A stretch of DNA of 49,048 nucleotides from Chiloscyllium plagiosum (Eukaryota). The stretch is from positions 44,078,221 to 44,127,268 of the forward strand of contig NC_057734.1 in assembly GCF_004010195.1 (NCBI RefSeq), given 5' to 3'. Each line of letters begins with the position of its first letter. The stretch's first letter is position 1. The notes beneath the pieces are model-generated. The model made no database searches, had not been told where the DNA came from, and was given only the letters and a program-made list of their open reading frames with translations. The position numbers were made by a program, and so were the translations under genes. Below are positions 1-12,907 of the stretch, one piece after another.

Positions 1-290
1 CCTTTGGCCCTCGATGTTGTGCCGATCCAAGCCCACCTAACCTACATTAGCCCACTATCCTCCATATGCCTATCCAATGCCCGTTTAAATGCCCATAAAG
101 AGGGAGAATCCACCACTACTACTGGCAGGGCATTCCATGAACTCATGACTCGCTGAGTAAAGAATCTACACCTAACATCTGTCCTATACCTACCACCCCT
201 TAATTTAAAGCTATGCCCCCTCGTAATAGCTGACTCCATACGTGGAAAAAGGTTCTCATGGTCAACCCTATCTAAACCCCTAATCATCTT
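1..290 (-). mobile_element. CR1-type LINE 3' fragment (ORF2 C-terminus and tail)
   Basis: ORF 42..287 reads TRGHSFKLRGGRY..FFTQRVMSSWNALP..FKRALD, the typical CR1 ORF2 C-terminus. Confidence 0.9.
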
Positions 291-329
291 CTGCCGGATG
301 GAAGAGGTTGGAAGAGATTATAAACAGGG

Positions 330-512
330 TGGGAGGGGTCTGCCTTTCTGAGACAGCGGGAAGTATAGATAAAGTCAATGGCTGGAAGGTTGGCTTATGT
401 TATGGACTGGACTACGTTCACAACTCTCTTGTTTCTTACAGTCCTGAGCAGAGCAGTTGCAGTACCAAGCTGGGATGCATCCGGATAGAATGCTTTCTAT
501 GGTACAAAGATT
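330..512 (-). mobile_element. Rex1/Babar-like LINE fragment
   Basis: Minus strand reads CTIESILSGCIPAWYCNCSAQD, resembling the post-RT region of Rex1-type LINEs. Confidence 0.55.
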
Positions 513-2198
513 GAACCCATGTTCCCAAAATATTAACCCAGAGTTTCTGAATTACTAATCCGGTCCCATAATTTTAATTCCTTTTATCCTGCTTCTGCAC
601 TCTCCATGTAATGTAAAATACTTCACATTTCCACCTCCCTTCAGTTTCTGAAGTTATCTTCAAGCTTAAACATTAGCTGTGTCTCTGTCCATAAATACTG
701 CCAGACCTACTGACTAGGTCCTTTACCACTACTTTCTGTTTATAATTTAGATTGCGAGCGTTAGAATATCAGATTTTCATTTGGGTTCCCGGTTGTGTTG
801 CATTGGTAGCTTCTTGCTGTACTTAGACCTTCCACTAGATGGTGGTGTACCGTAAATGATGACTTGTTTTAAATTACTGCCTGATCCGGGTTGGAAGAGA
901 CATTGGAATCAAAAGCAAGTTTTGTTTTTGTAGGACAGTTCAGGGACAACCCACAGTCACCTCAGTTAAAAAAAAAGTTTGTGAAACTTATTTGTAATGA
1001 AAGTGTTTAAACTTTGTTAAAGTGTAGTTTACTGTATACAATAAAATTAACGTTTGAGTCAGCTAAAGTGCACATACTCAAATGACATCTGATCTTTTCC
1101 TTGCCTCTCTATAACATCCGATTTGCACTTTCTATATAATATACTTTTAGATAATTTATGAATAAAGTATATTATATGGAGAAAAATAATGCACAGTTTG
1201 GAAAGACAAAAATAAGAAAATTCCACCTTCAGATTGCATAGGGAAAACATATAAAAATTCCTCATTTGTGAAAATGAGCTGGTTAATTTCTTCTTTTGAA
1301 CGGACAGAAGGATGAGCGTTGTGCACTTCAACCAATTTGTGCGATTGGCAATGCCCTGAATAATTTTTACGTGATTGAAAAATGTAGAGCAATTGTTAAT
1401 ATGATAAAAACAATGCAGCAGAGAAATTAAACTCACTTGAAGTGATTTACCAGCTGAACTCACTACGTAACAAGATCACGCATACTTAATAATAATTGCG
1501 CTAGGTACTATCATTAGGAACAAAGAGAAATCTGTGTTTGCAGGAATCATGCGATTCGTATGAATGTCATGACGAGCTACATACATACACCACCTGATTT
1601 TGTTCTAAGGCAAAATGGCACATGGGAAAATCTGTTTGAAACATCCAGTGTTGTGAATTATTCTGAGTTTGGAATGAGGAATGAATGAAATTAATCACAC
1701 AACAGAGAGACCTCCATTCTCACCAAATCTCCTCGACCATTAACAACAACACATGTCCGAAATGTGTTGGAATACTCTGAACGAGTGCAGGGCAAGAAGA
1801 TTAACACTATCCAGGCAAAGCAGCCCACTTAATTGTCACCACTTCCACAAACATTCACTCCCTCCACCTCCTGTATCGGCTGCAATGTTGCTACAAGATT
1901 CGCTACAGCAACTCAACAGATTTCGTTCAATAACACTTTCTAAACCCACAATCTCTACCATGCTGAAAGACAAGCACAGGGAGAACCAACAACACGTGCT
2001 TCTCCAGAGCTGGCACCATCCTTTCCTATCCCTGCATCAAAATACTAAAACTTCCTGTCAATTTGGGTCTAAGCCAGTCAGTGAGACAGAAACCAAGACG
2101 TTTTCTTTCTGAATAGATGTATTAATGATTCATTTTTAAAAATAATAAAAACAACCCCTTCCACACATCAACTACCTCTGTTCCCCCTGTATCTCTAT

Positions 2199-2803
2199 TG
2201 TTATGGACCAGTCTGAGCCCCTCAAACTATACCACGAGTATAGCCTACACCCTCGCCTTTTTCTTATTTTAGAGGTATGTATAAGGTGTTGCATTTCAGA
2301 CACAATCGGATTGGTCAAACTACTCAACTTCAAGCAAAACACTTTATTGTTACACCGCAGTTAAACACAGACAAAATAAAAGTATTGGCTTAACTGTAAC
2401 GCCATCAAAATAACATATAAAATAACTACTGCCAATTAACTGTTCTAATATAATAACATTCCATAAATACACCTCTGGCAAAGACAAACCCAGTAAAATC
2501 AATTGTCTCACATGCAATTCTAGCAGCAGGAAGAGAATCCCAGCTTTTAGCTGTAATAGAGAGAGGAATAAAAGCTTCCACACGTTGCTTCAAGACCCCA
2601 GCAACTGTTGAAAGCTAAAATTAAAAATCCTGGCTCTGTGGGAGCTTCACTCTAACCATTCAGGCTGCTGCTATTGTTCCAACTTTAAAAAAATACCCGA
2701 GACCTCAGAAGCTATTTACTTTATTGGCTTTGAGTAGATCTGACTCAACCTTACTTCACAAAAAGAAACAAAATACACCTCTTAAAGCCAGAGTACTGTC
2801 ACA
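2199..2803 (-). mobile_element. Gypsy-type LTR (3' LTR of a minus-strand element)
   Basis: TGTTATG...TGTCACA termini; minus-strand AATAAA near 2343; purine tract on the minus strand at 2804-2812; adjacent to the pol end. Confidence 0.75.
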
Positions 2804-2985
2804 CCTCTCCTCATTGAAAAGATGAACCATCAATATACAAAGATGGCTTCATTTTTAAAAACCTGCAGTCTTAAGTTGTTAGTACACTGCAATATATATA
2901 CATTACATTGACTCCAAGCATGCAAACATTCACTACTATGATCCATTTCCATTAATTTTTCCCAAACAGCTCCATCTTCCTTCAT

Positions 2986-3331
2986 CAAAGTTGTGACAAC
3001 ACATCAACAATGACATTCTCCTGTCCTGCCATGTGTATACTTTTCAAATTGAATGGGTGCAAAAATAAGCTCCATTTACACAGTCTGGAATTTTTATCCT
3101 TACATTTTCCCCCCAAAAATCTAAGGGGTTAGGATCACTATATACAATTGTCTCAGATACATTACTGGCAGTAGACATGTTAAATTGTTGCAACACCAAC
3201 ACCAAACTCAATATCTCCCTCTCAATTTTGGAATATTTCTGTTGGACCATTATTCAATTTTCTGGAAGAAAATATCCAATACTGTAGGTCTTTCTATCTT
3301 CCCAGTATCTTCTTGCAAGAGTACAGCATTT
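2986..3331 (-). mobile_element. Gypsy (Gmr1-like) pol RNase H C-terminus, degenerate
   Basis: QQKYSKIEREILSLV..TIVYSDPNPL then WSLFLHPFNLKSIHMAGQENVIVDVLSQL-stop. RNase H ends pol, with no integrase before the LTR. Confidence 0.8.
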
Positions 3332-3976
3332 TACCAGAGTGGCGAGGAGAGAAGGAGTGGTGAAGCGGGGGCTGCCGGGAAGGGTGAGTTTTCCTGCATT
3401 AAAAGGGATTTACCTCGGGAGTCGGGCCTCCATTTGCGGAGAGGTGCGAGGGAGGAGCGAAGGACTTCGGGGGAGTCATATATTTGTGTGGTTACATTAC
3501 CCGAAACACTTCTCGGATAGTGTCTCCCAGCCATCCTCCTCCTCTAACCGAAAAATTGTTCTGTGCGCCAGATTGGTAAGGTAACGAGTTTATTTTTTAT
3601 TCCTTATTTTTTCAACAGTCTCTTTGGGAATTTAGAATAGTGGGAATGGAGGTGAGGGCAGTTGAATGTTCCTCCTGCAGAATGTGGGAGGTAAGGGTCA
3701 CCACTAGTGTCCCTACTGACTATATCTGTGGGAAGTGCACCCAACTCCAGCTCCTCAAAAACCGCGTTAGGGAACTGGAGCTGGAGATGGATGAACTTCG
3801 GATAATTCGGGAGGCAGAGGGAGTCATTGAGAGAAGTTACAGGGAGGTAGTCACTCCTAAGGTACAAGAAAAAGGCATATGGGTGACAGTCAGGGGATGG
3901 AAAAGGAACCGGCAGGCAGTGCAGGGATCCCCTGTGGCCATTCCCCTCAACAATAAGTATACCGTTTTGGATACTG

Positions 3977-4059
3977 AGCCATGATCATATTGAATGGCGG
4001 TGCAGGCTCAAAGGGCTGAATGGCCTACTCCTGCACCTTTTGTCTATTGTCTATTGTCT
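3977..4059 (+). mobile_element. Short LINE/SINE 3'-tail insertion within CR1 ORF1
   Basis: GAATGGCCTACTCCTG tail motif plus (TATTGTC)n microsatellite end; flanked by a 28-bp direct repeat at 3949-3976 and 4060-4087 (1 mismatch). Confidence 0.8.
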
Positions 4060-4739
4060 AACAATATGTATACCGTTTTGGATACTGTTGGGGGGATGAC
4101 TTACCAGGGGAAAGCAGTGGGGCACCTGCTGCTCAGAAGGGAAGGGCGAAGAGGAGCAGAGCAGTAGTCATTGGGGACTCGATAGTTAGGGGGACAGACA
4201 GAAGGTTCTCTGGGGACGAGAGAGACTCACAGTTGGTGTTTTGCCTCCTGGGTGCCAGGGTCCGTGATGTCTCTGATCGTGTTTTTGGGATCCTTTGGGG
4301 GGAGGGAGAGCAGCTCCAAGTCATGGTCCACATTGGCACCAACGACATAGGTTGGAAGAGAGATGGGGACTTGAGGCAGAAATTCAGGGAGCGAGGATGG
4401 AAGCTTACAGCTAGGACAAACAGAGTTGTTTTCTCTGGTTTGCTGCCCGTGCCACGTGCTAGTGAGGTGAGGAATAGGGAGAGAAAGGAGTTGAACACGT
4501 GGCTACAGAGATGGTGCAGGAGGGAGGGTTTTGGATTTTTGGATAATTGGAGCTCTTTCTGGGATAGGTGGGACATGTACAAGCAGGATGGTCTTCATCT
4601 AAACCAGAGGGGTACCAATCTCCTGGGTAGGAAATTCGCTAAAGCTATTAAGTGGATTTAAACTAATACAGCAGGGGGATGGGAACCAAAATTGTAGGAC
4701 AGGTACAGAAGAGGATGAGAGTAGGGAGTTCCCAAGTCA

Positions 4740-5080
4740 AGTATCTGAGACTGAAAATGTGTTGCTGGAAAAGCGCAGCAGGTCAGGCAGCATCCAGGGA
4801 ACAGGAGAATCGACGTTTCGGGCATAACCCCTTCTTCAGGAATGAGGAAAGTTTGTCCAGCAGGCTAAGATAAAAGGTAGGGAGGAGGGACTTGGGGGAG
4901 GGGCGTCGGAAATGTGATAGGTGGAAAGAGGTCAAGGTGAGGGTGATAGGCCAGACTGGGGTGGGGGCGGAGAGGTCGGGAAGAAGATTGCAGGTTAGGA
5001 AGGCGGTGCTGAGTTCGATGGATTTGACTGAGACAAGGTGGGAGGAGGGGAAATGAAATTTTCAGCTCTGATCTCCAGCA
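4740..5080 (-). mobile_element. Penelope-like element 3' terminal fragment
   Basis: Same terminal sequence as that joined to the GIY-YIG ORF at 45606-46175; minus-strand CTGAAGA..GAAACGTC core at 4811-4839. Confidence 0.7.
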
Positions 5081-7045
5081 TAGAGAGGAGTTGAACACGT
5101 GGCTACAGGGATGATGCATGAGGGAAGGTTTTGGATTCTTGGATAATTGGGACTCTTTCTAAGGTAGGTGGGACCTCTGGGGTAGGTGGGGTAGGATGGT
5201 CTTCATCTTAATCAGAGGGGTACCAATATCCTGGAGGGGAAATTCGCTAAGGCTATTGGGGTGGATTTAAACTAATCCAGCAGGGGGATGGGAACCAAAA
5301 TTGAAGTTCGAGTTTAGAAAAGGTTGAGAGTAGTGAGGTCCGAAATCAAGTTTCAGGGACGCTAGATGGCACCGAAAAACAAGAAGTTGGTTTGAAGTGT
5401 GTCTACTTCAATGCCAGGACATCCGGAATAAGGTGGGTGAACTTACAGCATGGGTTTGTACCTGGGACTTCGATGTTGTGGCCATTTCAGAGGCATGGAT
5501 AGAGCAGGGACAGGAATGGTTGTTGTAGGTTCCAGGATTTAGATATTTCAGTAAGAACATAGAAGATGGTAAAAAGGGGGGGGGGTGGCATTGTTGGTCA
5601 AGGACAGTATTACAGTTGCAGAAAGGATGTTTGGGGACTCATCAACTGAGCTAGTGTGGGCTGAGATTAGAAAGAAGAAAGGAGAGGTCACCCTGTTGGG
5701 AGTTTTCTATAAGCCTCCAAGTAGTTCCAGAGATGTAGAGGAAAGGATAGCAAAGATGATTCTCGATAGGAGTGTGAGAGAGAGGGTAGTTGTCATGGGG
5801 GAACTTCAACTTTCCAAATATTGACTGGGAACACTATAGTACGAGTACTATAGATGAGTCAGTTTTTGTCCAGTGTGTGCAGGAGGGTTTCCTGACTCAG
5901 TATGTAGACAGGCCAACAAGGGGCGAAGCCACATTAGATTTGGTACTGGGTAATGAGCCCAGCCAGGTGTTAGACTTGGAAGTAGATGAGCACTTTTGTG
6001 ATAGCGATCACAATTCTGTTATGTTTACTTTAGTGATAGAAAGGAATAGGTGTATACCACTGGGCAAGAGTTACAGCTAGGGGAAAGGCAATTACAATCC
6101 AATTAGGCAAGATTTAGGAAGCATAGGATGGGGAAGGAAACTGCAGGGGATGGGCAAATTAGAAATGTCGAGCTTATTCAAGGAAAAGCTCCTGTGTGTC
6201 CTAGAAAAGTATGTACCTGTCAGGCAGGGAGGAAGCTGTAGAGCGCGGGAGCCGTGGTTTACGAAGGAAGTGGAATCTCTAGAGGAAGAAGAAGGCTTAT
6301 GTTAGGATAAGATGTGAAGGCTCAGTTCGGGTGCTTGACGATTACAAGGTAGCCAGGAAAGACCTAAAGAGAGAGCTCATAAGAGCCAGGAGGAGGCATG
6401 AGACGTTGTTGGCAGATAGAATCAGGGTAAACCCTAAGGCTTTCTATAGGTATTTAAGGAATAAAAGAATGACGAGAGTAAGATTAGGGCCAATCAATGA
6501 TAGTATTGGAAAGTTGTATGTGGAGTCAGAGGAGATAGGGGAAGCACTTAATGAATATTTTTCGACAGCATTCACTCTAGAAAATGACAATGTTGTAGAG
6601 GAGAATACTGAGAAGCTACTAGGCTAGGTGGGATTGAGGTTCACAAGGAAGAGGTATTAGAAATCCTGCAGAGTGTGAAAATAGCTAAGTCCCCAGGGCC
6701 AGATGGGATTTATCCTAGGATCCTCTGGGAAGCCAGGGAGGAGATTGCTGAGCCTATGGCATTGATCTTTAAATCGTCATTGTCTACAGGAATAGTGCCA
6801 GCAGACTGGAAGATAGCAAATGTGATTCCCCTGTTCAAGAAGGGGAGTAGAGACAACCCAGATAATTATAGACCAGTGAGCCTTACTTCAGTTGTTGGTA
6901 AAGTGTTGGAAAAGGTTATAAGAGATAAGATTTATAATCTTCTAGAAAAGAATAATTTGATTAGGGATAGTCAGCACGGTTTTGTGAAGGGTAGGTCATA
7001 CCTCAAAAAACCTTATTGAGTTCTTTGAGAAGGTGACCAAACAGG

Positions 7046-7677
7046 TTTTGCTCCACATACTCCACCTATGCAGCGGACACAGCTTATAATGCAGGAAATT
7101 CCTCGCCCCAGTTTAATGTTCTACTATTAGAATGTATCCAAGAGAGGGTAACTACTGCTATTAGAACCAACAATCTGAATTAGCCGGATAATATCCATCC
7201 ACAAATGAGAAAATGCTCATTTATTACTGGTAGTCCTAAAGAATCTAAACAGGCAACAGTCAAGCATGAAAGGTTACAATGCTCCCATCCCTGATCACCC
7301 CCTCACAATAATTTCCCTGTTGCAGGCCCTGATGTCTTCAGGGACCACCCAATGGAACCCCACCATTGTCCCCAGGGATGGGTCGATGGATATGACCATG
7401 TATATGCCACTCAGTGCACCTTTTCATCGTTCCCCTTACACCCCTCCATCCCTTTTCTGCAACTACCACAGTTGCCCTCGACACCATGGTGGTCCGTGCC
7501 CATGGACAATGGCAAGGCCAATGCCAACCTGTTTTCAGTGTGGGCCAGATGATCATTGGCAGTGAAACTGCCCACTGTTGCACCTGCAATATGGAGCCAC
7601 AGGCAGAGGGTGAGTTTGATACACTGGACACCCCTTCCCAGCCTGACCAACCTCCCTTCCATTTTACCCTGTCCTGA
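7046..7677 (+). pseudogene. gag: ERV gag C-terminal remnant with CCHC zinc knuckle
   Basis: CFQCGPDDHWQ*NCP (CX2CX4HX4C) at about 7530-7574; a reading frame ends in TGA-CTA at 7675-7680. Confidence 0.75.
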
Positions 7678-10600
7678 CTAAAGACTCTGAGGCAGAACTG
7701 GTAGTCCGCTTGACTGCTGAAGGTAAAGAAATCCCCTTCATGATTGATACCGGTGCCACTGCCTCAACACTTGAAACCTCCTGTGTGCACCAACATGGCT
7801 TTGGGCTCTCACACAGCGCTATATACCTTAGTGGTCTAACTGGACAGTTCAGTTTGGCCCCCCTACCTGTACAGTCCAATTGGCTCAAACCGCTAATTTA
7901 GGCATTAACCAAGAGGGAAAGATTTGTTATGTGCCCTTCAGGTTGACATTCTCTGCCTTGATGAGGGCATTACAATTAGACATAATTCTACCAAAAGACA
8001 GTTCTGGATCTTTTGGTGAGCTGTCAAATTACAGCCAAAGGATTTTACACCTTCTCTACAAGTCCCTGATCCCCATGTACCCCTTTGTTACGATTCCACT
8101 GGAGTCTCCACTGAGCTGGCAGCCACCTTTGCCCCCTTCCTACAGTCCACCATCACTGTTATCGTAACAGGACACATTGAAGGTGAACAGGGATTGGCCC
8201 TCTTATCAGATGTTCCTGTCCATTTCTGGAACCAACCAGGGTTGGTTTCACCCTGTATTACCTCACCTGTAAACAAAGACTACAAAGTGAAGGCCCTGGG
8301 AATTTTGGCATACCAGTTACAGCAACAGTTAGACCCCGGTATCCGACCAGACCCAAATGCTGACCAACAGGAAGTTAACTTATTTCTCTAGCCCTTACAG
8401 TGTGGTGGGTTTACTTCACCACTACCAACCCCGAATTGACCCCCCAGAAGAACCCTTTCCCAACCACTGGTTGGTCTCTAAGCATGAAGTAAGATGCATC
8501 TCTGTGAATCCAATCAAGATCCAATTACACCAGGATCTGAACTGCCCCAATATTCCCTAAGACCAGAAGCCACAGAGGGCAAACCAGCTTTGATAGACCC
8601 GTTCCTCCAACAGGGAGTTCTAGTCCCTGCCAATCAGCCTCTAACACCCCCATTCTACCCATCCCAAAGCCAGGACACCCAGATCAACAGAATAGTGCAG
8701 CCACTACACCTGGTCATGCCAAATCCTGCCATCATTCTCAGCAATATCCCTGCCAGTGCCTGTGTTTTCACCATAGTTGACCTGCAGCATACCTTCTTTG
8801 CTCTCCCCCAGCACCTGAGACTCAATGTTTATTTGCTTTCACCTTTAAGGGTCAGCACTACATTTGGACATGGCTGTCTCAAGGATTTGTCCATTCTCCC
8901 GCTCTATTCTCCCAGGTATTGCACCGGCAACTCTCTGAGCTTCAGCTCTTGGATAGCTCCACAATCATCCAACCAACTCCTAGCTCGCCCCTCGGAATCT
9001 GCTAACATTGCAGATACCAACCATCTCCTAAATGCCCTCCACTCTTGGGATACATTATACCCTCCAACAAGATTCAATGCACCCAGCAACAAGTTACATT
9101 CTTGGAGATATTGCTCAGCGCTTCAGAATAGCAGTTGACTCTGGACTGCATCACGCCCATCCTAACCCCTCCACCCACAAGCGCTAAGCAGATGCGTGCC
9201 TTTTTAGGTTCGTTAACTCCTGTCGGCAGTGGCTGCCCAATGTAACATTACTTACCAAGTAGCTAACCCCTTTAGCCTCCAATAAGGCCCAGGGACTTTC
9301 ACCCTAATGGAAGACCAGAAGTCAGCTTTCAATGAGTTAAAAGCAGCCCTTGCCAGTGCCCCGGCCCTCGGGTGCCACTGTATGACAAACCCTTGCAGCT
9401 GTATACCAGTATACTAGAGGACTGTGCAACCACTGTTTTAACACAGACCCACGGAGATCGTAAGAGGCCAGTGGCCTATTACTCAACTCACCTTGACCCT
9501 GCCACCATGGGCCTCCCACCTTGCTCACAAATTCTGGCGGCTATCTACTCCCTTGTGACAGTCACGACCATTATAACCCCGCAGAAACCCTTGACCATCT
9601 ATTCGTCACACATAGTTGCAACCCTCCTCACTTCCCACCAGACCCAACACCGTACATGAGCTCAACTCAGCTGTTATGAGGTTGCCCTTCTTAACAAACC
9701 CCCTTTCTGACCTTCTCCGACTGCTCGACCGTTAACCCGGCGACTTTCTTCAGTGCCCTTCCAGAGGAACTTCCCCATCCTCCCCATGACTGCCTTTTAC
9801 ACAATCACTTCTTGAAATCCCTTGACCAGAACTCTCATACGCTCCATTGTCCATACCGGATTTAACCCTCTTTGTAGGGACTGGTGACGATTCGCCACGG
9901 CACATTCGCCGCCACCGATTAGCCACTGCCGGTTCACCACCAGTGTTTCTCCACTGGGGTCGTTTGACCTCTGGAGACTATTTGTACTGATTGTTTTCCC
10001 TCCCGCCTGTTCTTTCATACTTCTCAGTCCCCTTGCGGTACGCCTTTGGCGTGGCCCATGACTTTGGCCAGCTTCGGTCCTAGCAACGATTTCTGACCTC
10101 CTTAGGTACCCCTATTCATAATACACTGTATGTCTAAAATCTCCTTAAGGCCATCCTCCTCCTCAAACAATTGGCCATGATCAAATATGCTGCACGTGTC
10201 ACAGACAATACAGATGTCAGCTATGGTGATGCCAGAGCTGACTGAGCTGCCAAGGATACAGCAAGGGCTCACAATTCAATCGCCTCCACTATTAACGGCA
10301 GGCACCCAACCGAAAACCTGCCTCAAAAACAAAAGGCATTCCAGACATTGTCATGGTGCAGCGTTTACAGTGGAATGCCCCTGATTCAGTAAAACAGATA
10401 TGGAAGACGCATGGGTGCTTGCAATTTGCATCAAGAGGCGTCTGGATCACTCCAGTCAGTGAAGTGTGTATATCTGATACCTTGTTACCAATGCTCATCG
10501 ATTTCCTTCATACTGATACACACCCTGGCAAGGGGGAGATGAGTAGTATCATGTTGTGGAACTGGTGGCACTGCCAACTGGCCAAGACAGTTCAAAGGTG

Positions 10601-11470
10601 CATCAGATCATGTTGATATGTCAGCAAAATAATGCAGGTCAAGGGGTGCGGTGTGTAACAAGAAAACTTCCATTGCTAGTGGGTCCATTTGAATGTATTC
10701 AGCTTGATTTTATTGAACGTATGCATGTACGTTGCTATAACTATTGCGTTGTTGTTAATGATGTTTTCAGTAGATGGATTGAGGCTTTTTCCACTGTACT
10801 AATAACTTGGTCTCAACGGTGGTACGATTACTCTGAACAGGGATCATACTGAGGACTGGGGTGTCCCAACAGCTTAGTTCAGACAATGACCCCACTTTGT
10901 AGGGAAAGTCAACACAGAGCTGTGTGAAGCACAAAATATCCACCAGCAATTCCATTGCGCCTATCACCCCCAGGCATCAGGCATAGTGGTCCCTTAAAAC
11001 CAAATGGACTAAGCTAATATGTGAAGGTCTGAAGTGGTTGCAGGTTTTGCCTTTGGCCCTGTATCACAAGAGGATTACTTCACACTCGACCACTGGGCTG
11101 CTGACAGCTGAGATAATCTATGGCAGGCCACATACGACCCCTTGGGATGCAGATATAAAACCACCCACCCACATGGACCTAAATATCATGGGAGAGGAAA
11201 TGCAGGCATACTTTTGGCAGCTAACCTTGTCTCTAAAGTTGCTTCACTCACAGGTCAGGAACACCTTCGGGTCACCACCACAAGCAGTGAACCAGGATTC
11301 GAATGACTCAAGTGAACTCCCCAACCTGCAGATCGGAGAGCTTGTGCTGACCAAAAACTGGGACTGTCCCAAACTCGGCCATGGGTGGAAAGGAGGTACT
11401 CCTCTGAGAGGCGACTGCGGTCAAAGTCCAAGGACAAAACAGCTGGGTCCATTTAAGTGACTGTAAACGA
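7678..11470 (+). pseudogene. pol: ERV pro-pol remnant (PR, 2H-like insert, RT, RNase H, IN)
   Basis: PR: FMIDTGAT..KDLL. RT: IVDLQHTFF, FAFTF..WTWLSQGFVHSP. Connection: RPVAYYS..LD. RNase H: RYAFGVAHDFG. IN: LHTDTH..CLIC, IQLDFI, DVFSRWIEAF, SSDNDPHF, YHPQASGIV. Confidence 0.9.
9877..10034 (-). mobile_element. Mutator (MULE) right-end fragment inside ERV RNase H
   Basis: Reverse complement of about 14108-14283, starting GGGACTGGTGACGATTCGCC. Confidence 0.85.
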
Positions 11471-11479
11471 TGGTCCCAT

Positions 11480-12873
11480 CAAGCAGCCTGACAACTGTAC
11501 TCACAGTCGATATCATTATAGCCACTGTTGCTGCATTCGGCCTAGAGGACAGTTTGTTTTGTAAGGCTCATATGCACGGTACTCGGACTGTGCGTTACCC
11601 AACCACGTAACCCCCCGCCCCCCAAGTTGGTCGATGTGCTGTTTGTTGCCATTCCCAGGTGAGATCCTCTTAACCTATACATGGTAGATACCTCAGATGC
11701 CCCCTGCATAGGCCAGAGCAGCTTAGAAGGACGGCTCCGGGTCGGTGCATAGAGCAGATAAATTCACATAATCCTCTGTATTCCCAACTACACAGTAGCC
11801 CAGGAAAAAGAAGGTACTGCTTGCCATGACCCCACCAGCTATCTGCTTTGTTTCTCGGGTTGGGGTTGTGCCCATGCCTTAGTCCCCACGAATACCTCTT
11901 GTATCCAGAGTAATGTACCCGCAGGTATTGCCAGGTCAGCTGTGGAACGCTCACCTGCACCTATGACGAGCAAAGGTGCTTAAATGTTACTGCAGGATGG
12001 CAGTTCATTTGCAGGCATTGCAAGGGTACCCATGTCAGCTTGGCCTTTTGGTCATACTGTTTTTCTGATTAGCAGTTGATCGGATTGGGGGAAACTCCAA
12101 CCAGCACAGGAGCTGGCAGTACATGCGGTTTGCGGCTGACAGCCACTAAGCAATTAAGGGCTACCGAGCCAAAAGAGGGTTTGTGATCCTTCTCACAGGA
12201 CCTTCACATCAGCCACCCTGACTCTCCCTATCCTATTTGCTGTAGGGACAGTAGGACTGCTCACTGTCCTGTGCCCAAAAAATGTCCCTACCCACTGCAG
12301 GATGGTAGCCAATCAGTTAGTGAGAGATTCTGTGCGGACTGGAGGGATGCAGTAACTCCGGGATCCTCCCTCGGCTTTGGGTTTCTGGAAACACTGTCCC
12401 TAGGGGAATCAGCAAGGACAATCACAGCATAGAACAGAAATGACCTAATTTGTGGTTGACCGTTCTTGGAAACAGTACCATGAAGGGATTAAATGCAGTT
12501 AATCACAAATTGGCAGAACTAAGGCTCTACACACAACAAATTGGATATGCAGTTGACTGTTTACTGGCCCAACAAGGAGGGATCTGCACAATTGTGGGAA
12601 ATAAATGTATTACCCATGTTATGGATGAACCATATAACATAACACACACCATTCAATCCATTTAGCACCCGTAAGAGGATTTCAGACAGGGCCCTCAGAA
12701 TGCACAAGCCTGGCTCGGGTGGCTGTTTGGGGGATCCTGGGAATCATATTTCCTTCACAGGCCGGTAATTTTTGCTGTCCTATTTACTGGATGCTGCGTC
12801 TCACTGACTTGTTTAATCACTGGCTGCGGGATCATCATAAATAAACTTCGAAGACCCTTCTCAGCCCCCATTT
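11480..12873 (+). pseudogene. env: ERV env remnant (gamma-type TM)
   Basis: Cys-rich SU-like segment; heptad plus immunosuppressive-domain-like ELRLYTQQIGYAVDCLLAQQGGICTIVGNKC (ORF 12450-12665); hydrophobic anchor near 12760-12810. Start approximate. Confidence 0.85.
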
Positions 12874-12907
12874 AGGGGAGTTATTGTGAGATGATAAACG
12901 GGAGGAA

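Larger units (their letters stand above)
3332..7045 (+). mobile_element. CR1 LINE with 5' UTR, ORF1 and 3'-truncated ORF2 (degenerate)
   Basis: ORF1 has CSSC..CGKC zinc finger plus coiled coil (3640-3984) and SGNH esterase motifs (VIGDSIV, HIGTND, DGLHLN). ORF2 has APE endonuclease motifs (YFNAR, NFNFPNIDW, LDLVL, SDHN) and RT N-terminus (KSPGPDG, NYRPVSLTS, QHGF), breaking off at 7045. Confidence 0.92.

Noticed and set aside
1059-2112. Short ORFs of 78-134 aa
   Set aside because: No recognisable motifs or exon structure; AT-rich or old repeat-derived sequence.
7675-7680. Functional gag-pol read-through signal TGA-CTA
   Set aside because: Suggestive, but not in frame with the protease in this decayed copy, so it cannot be supported here.
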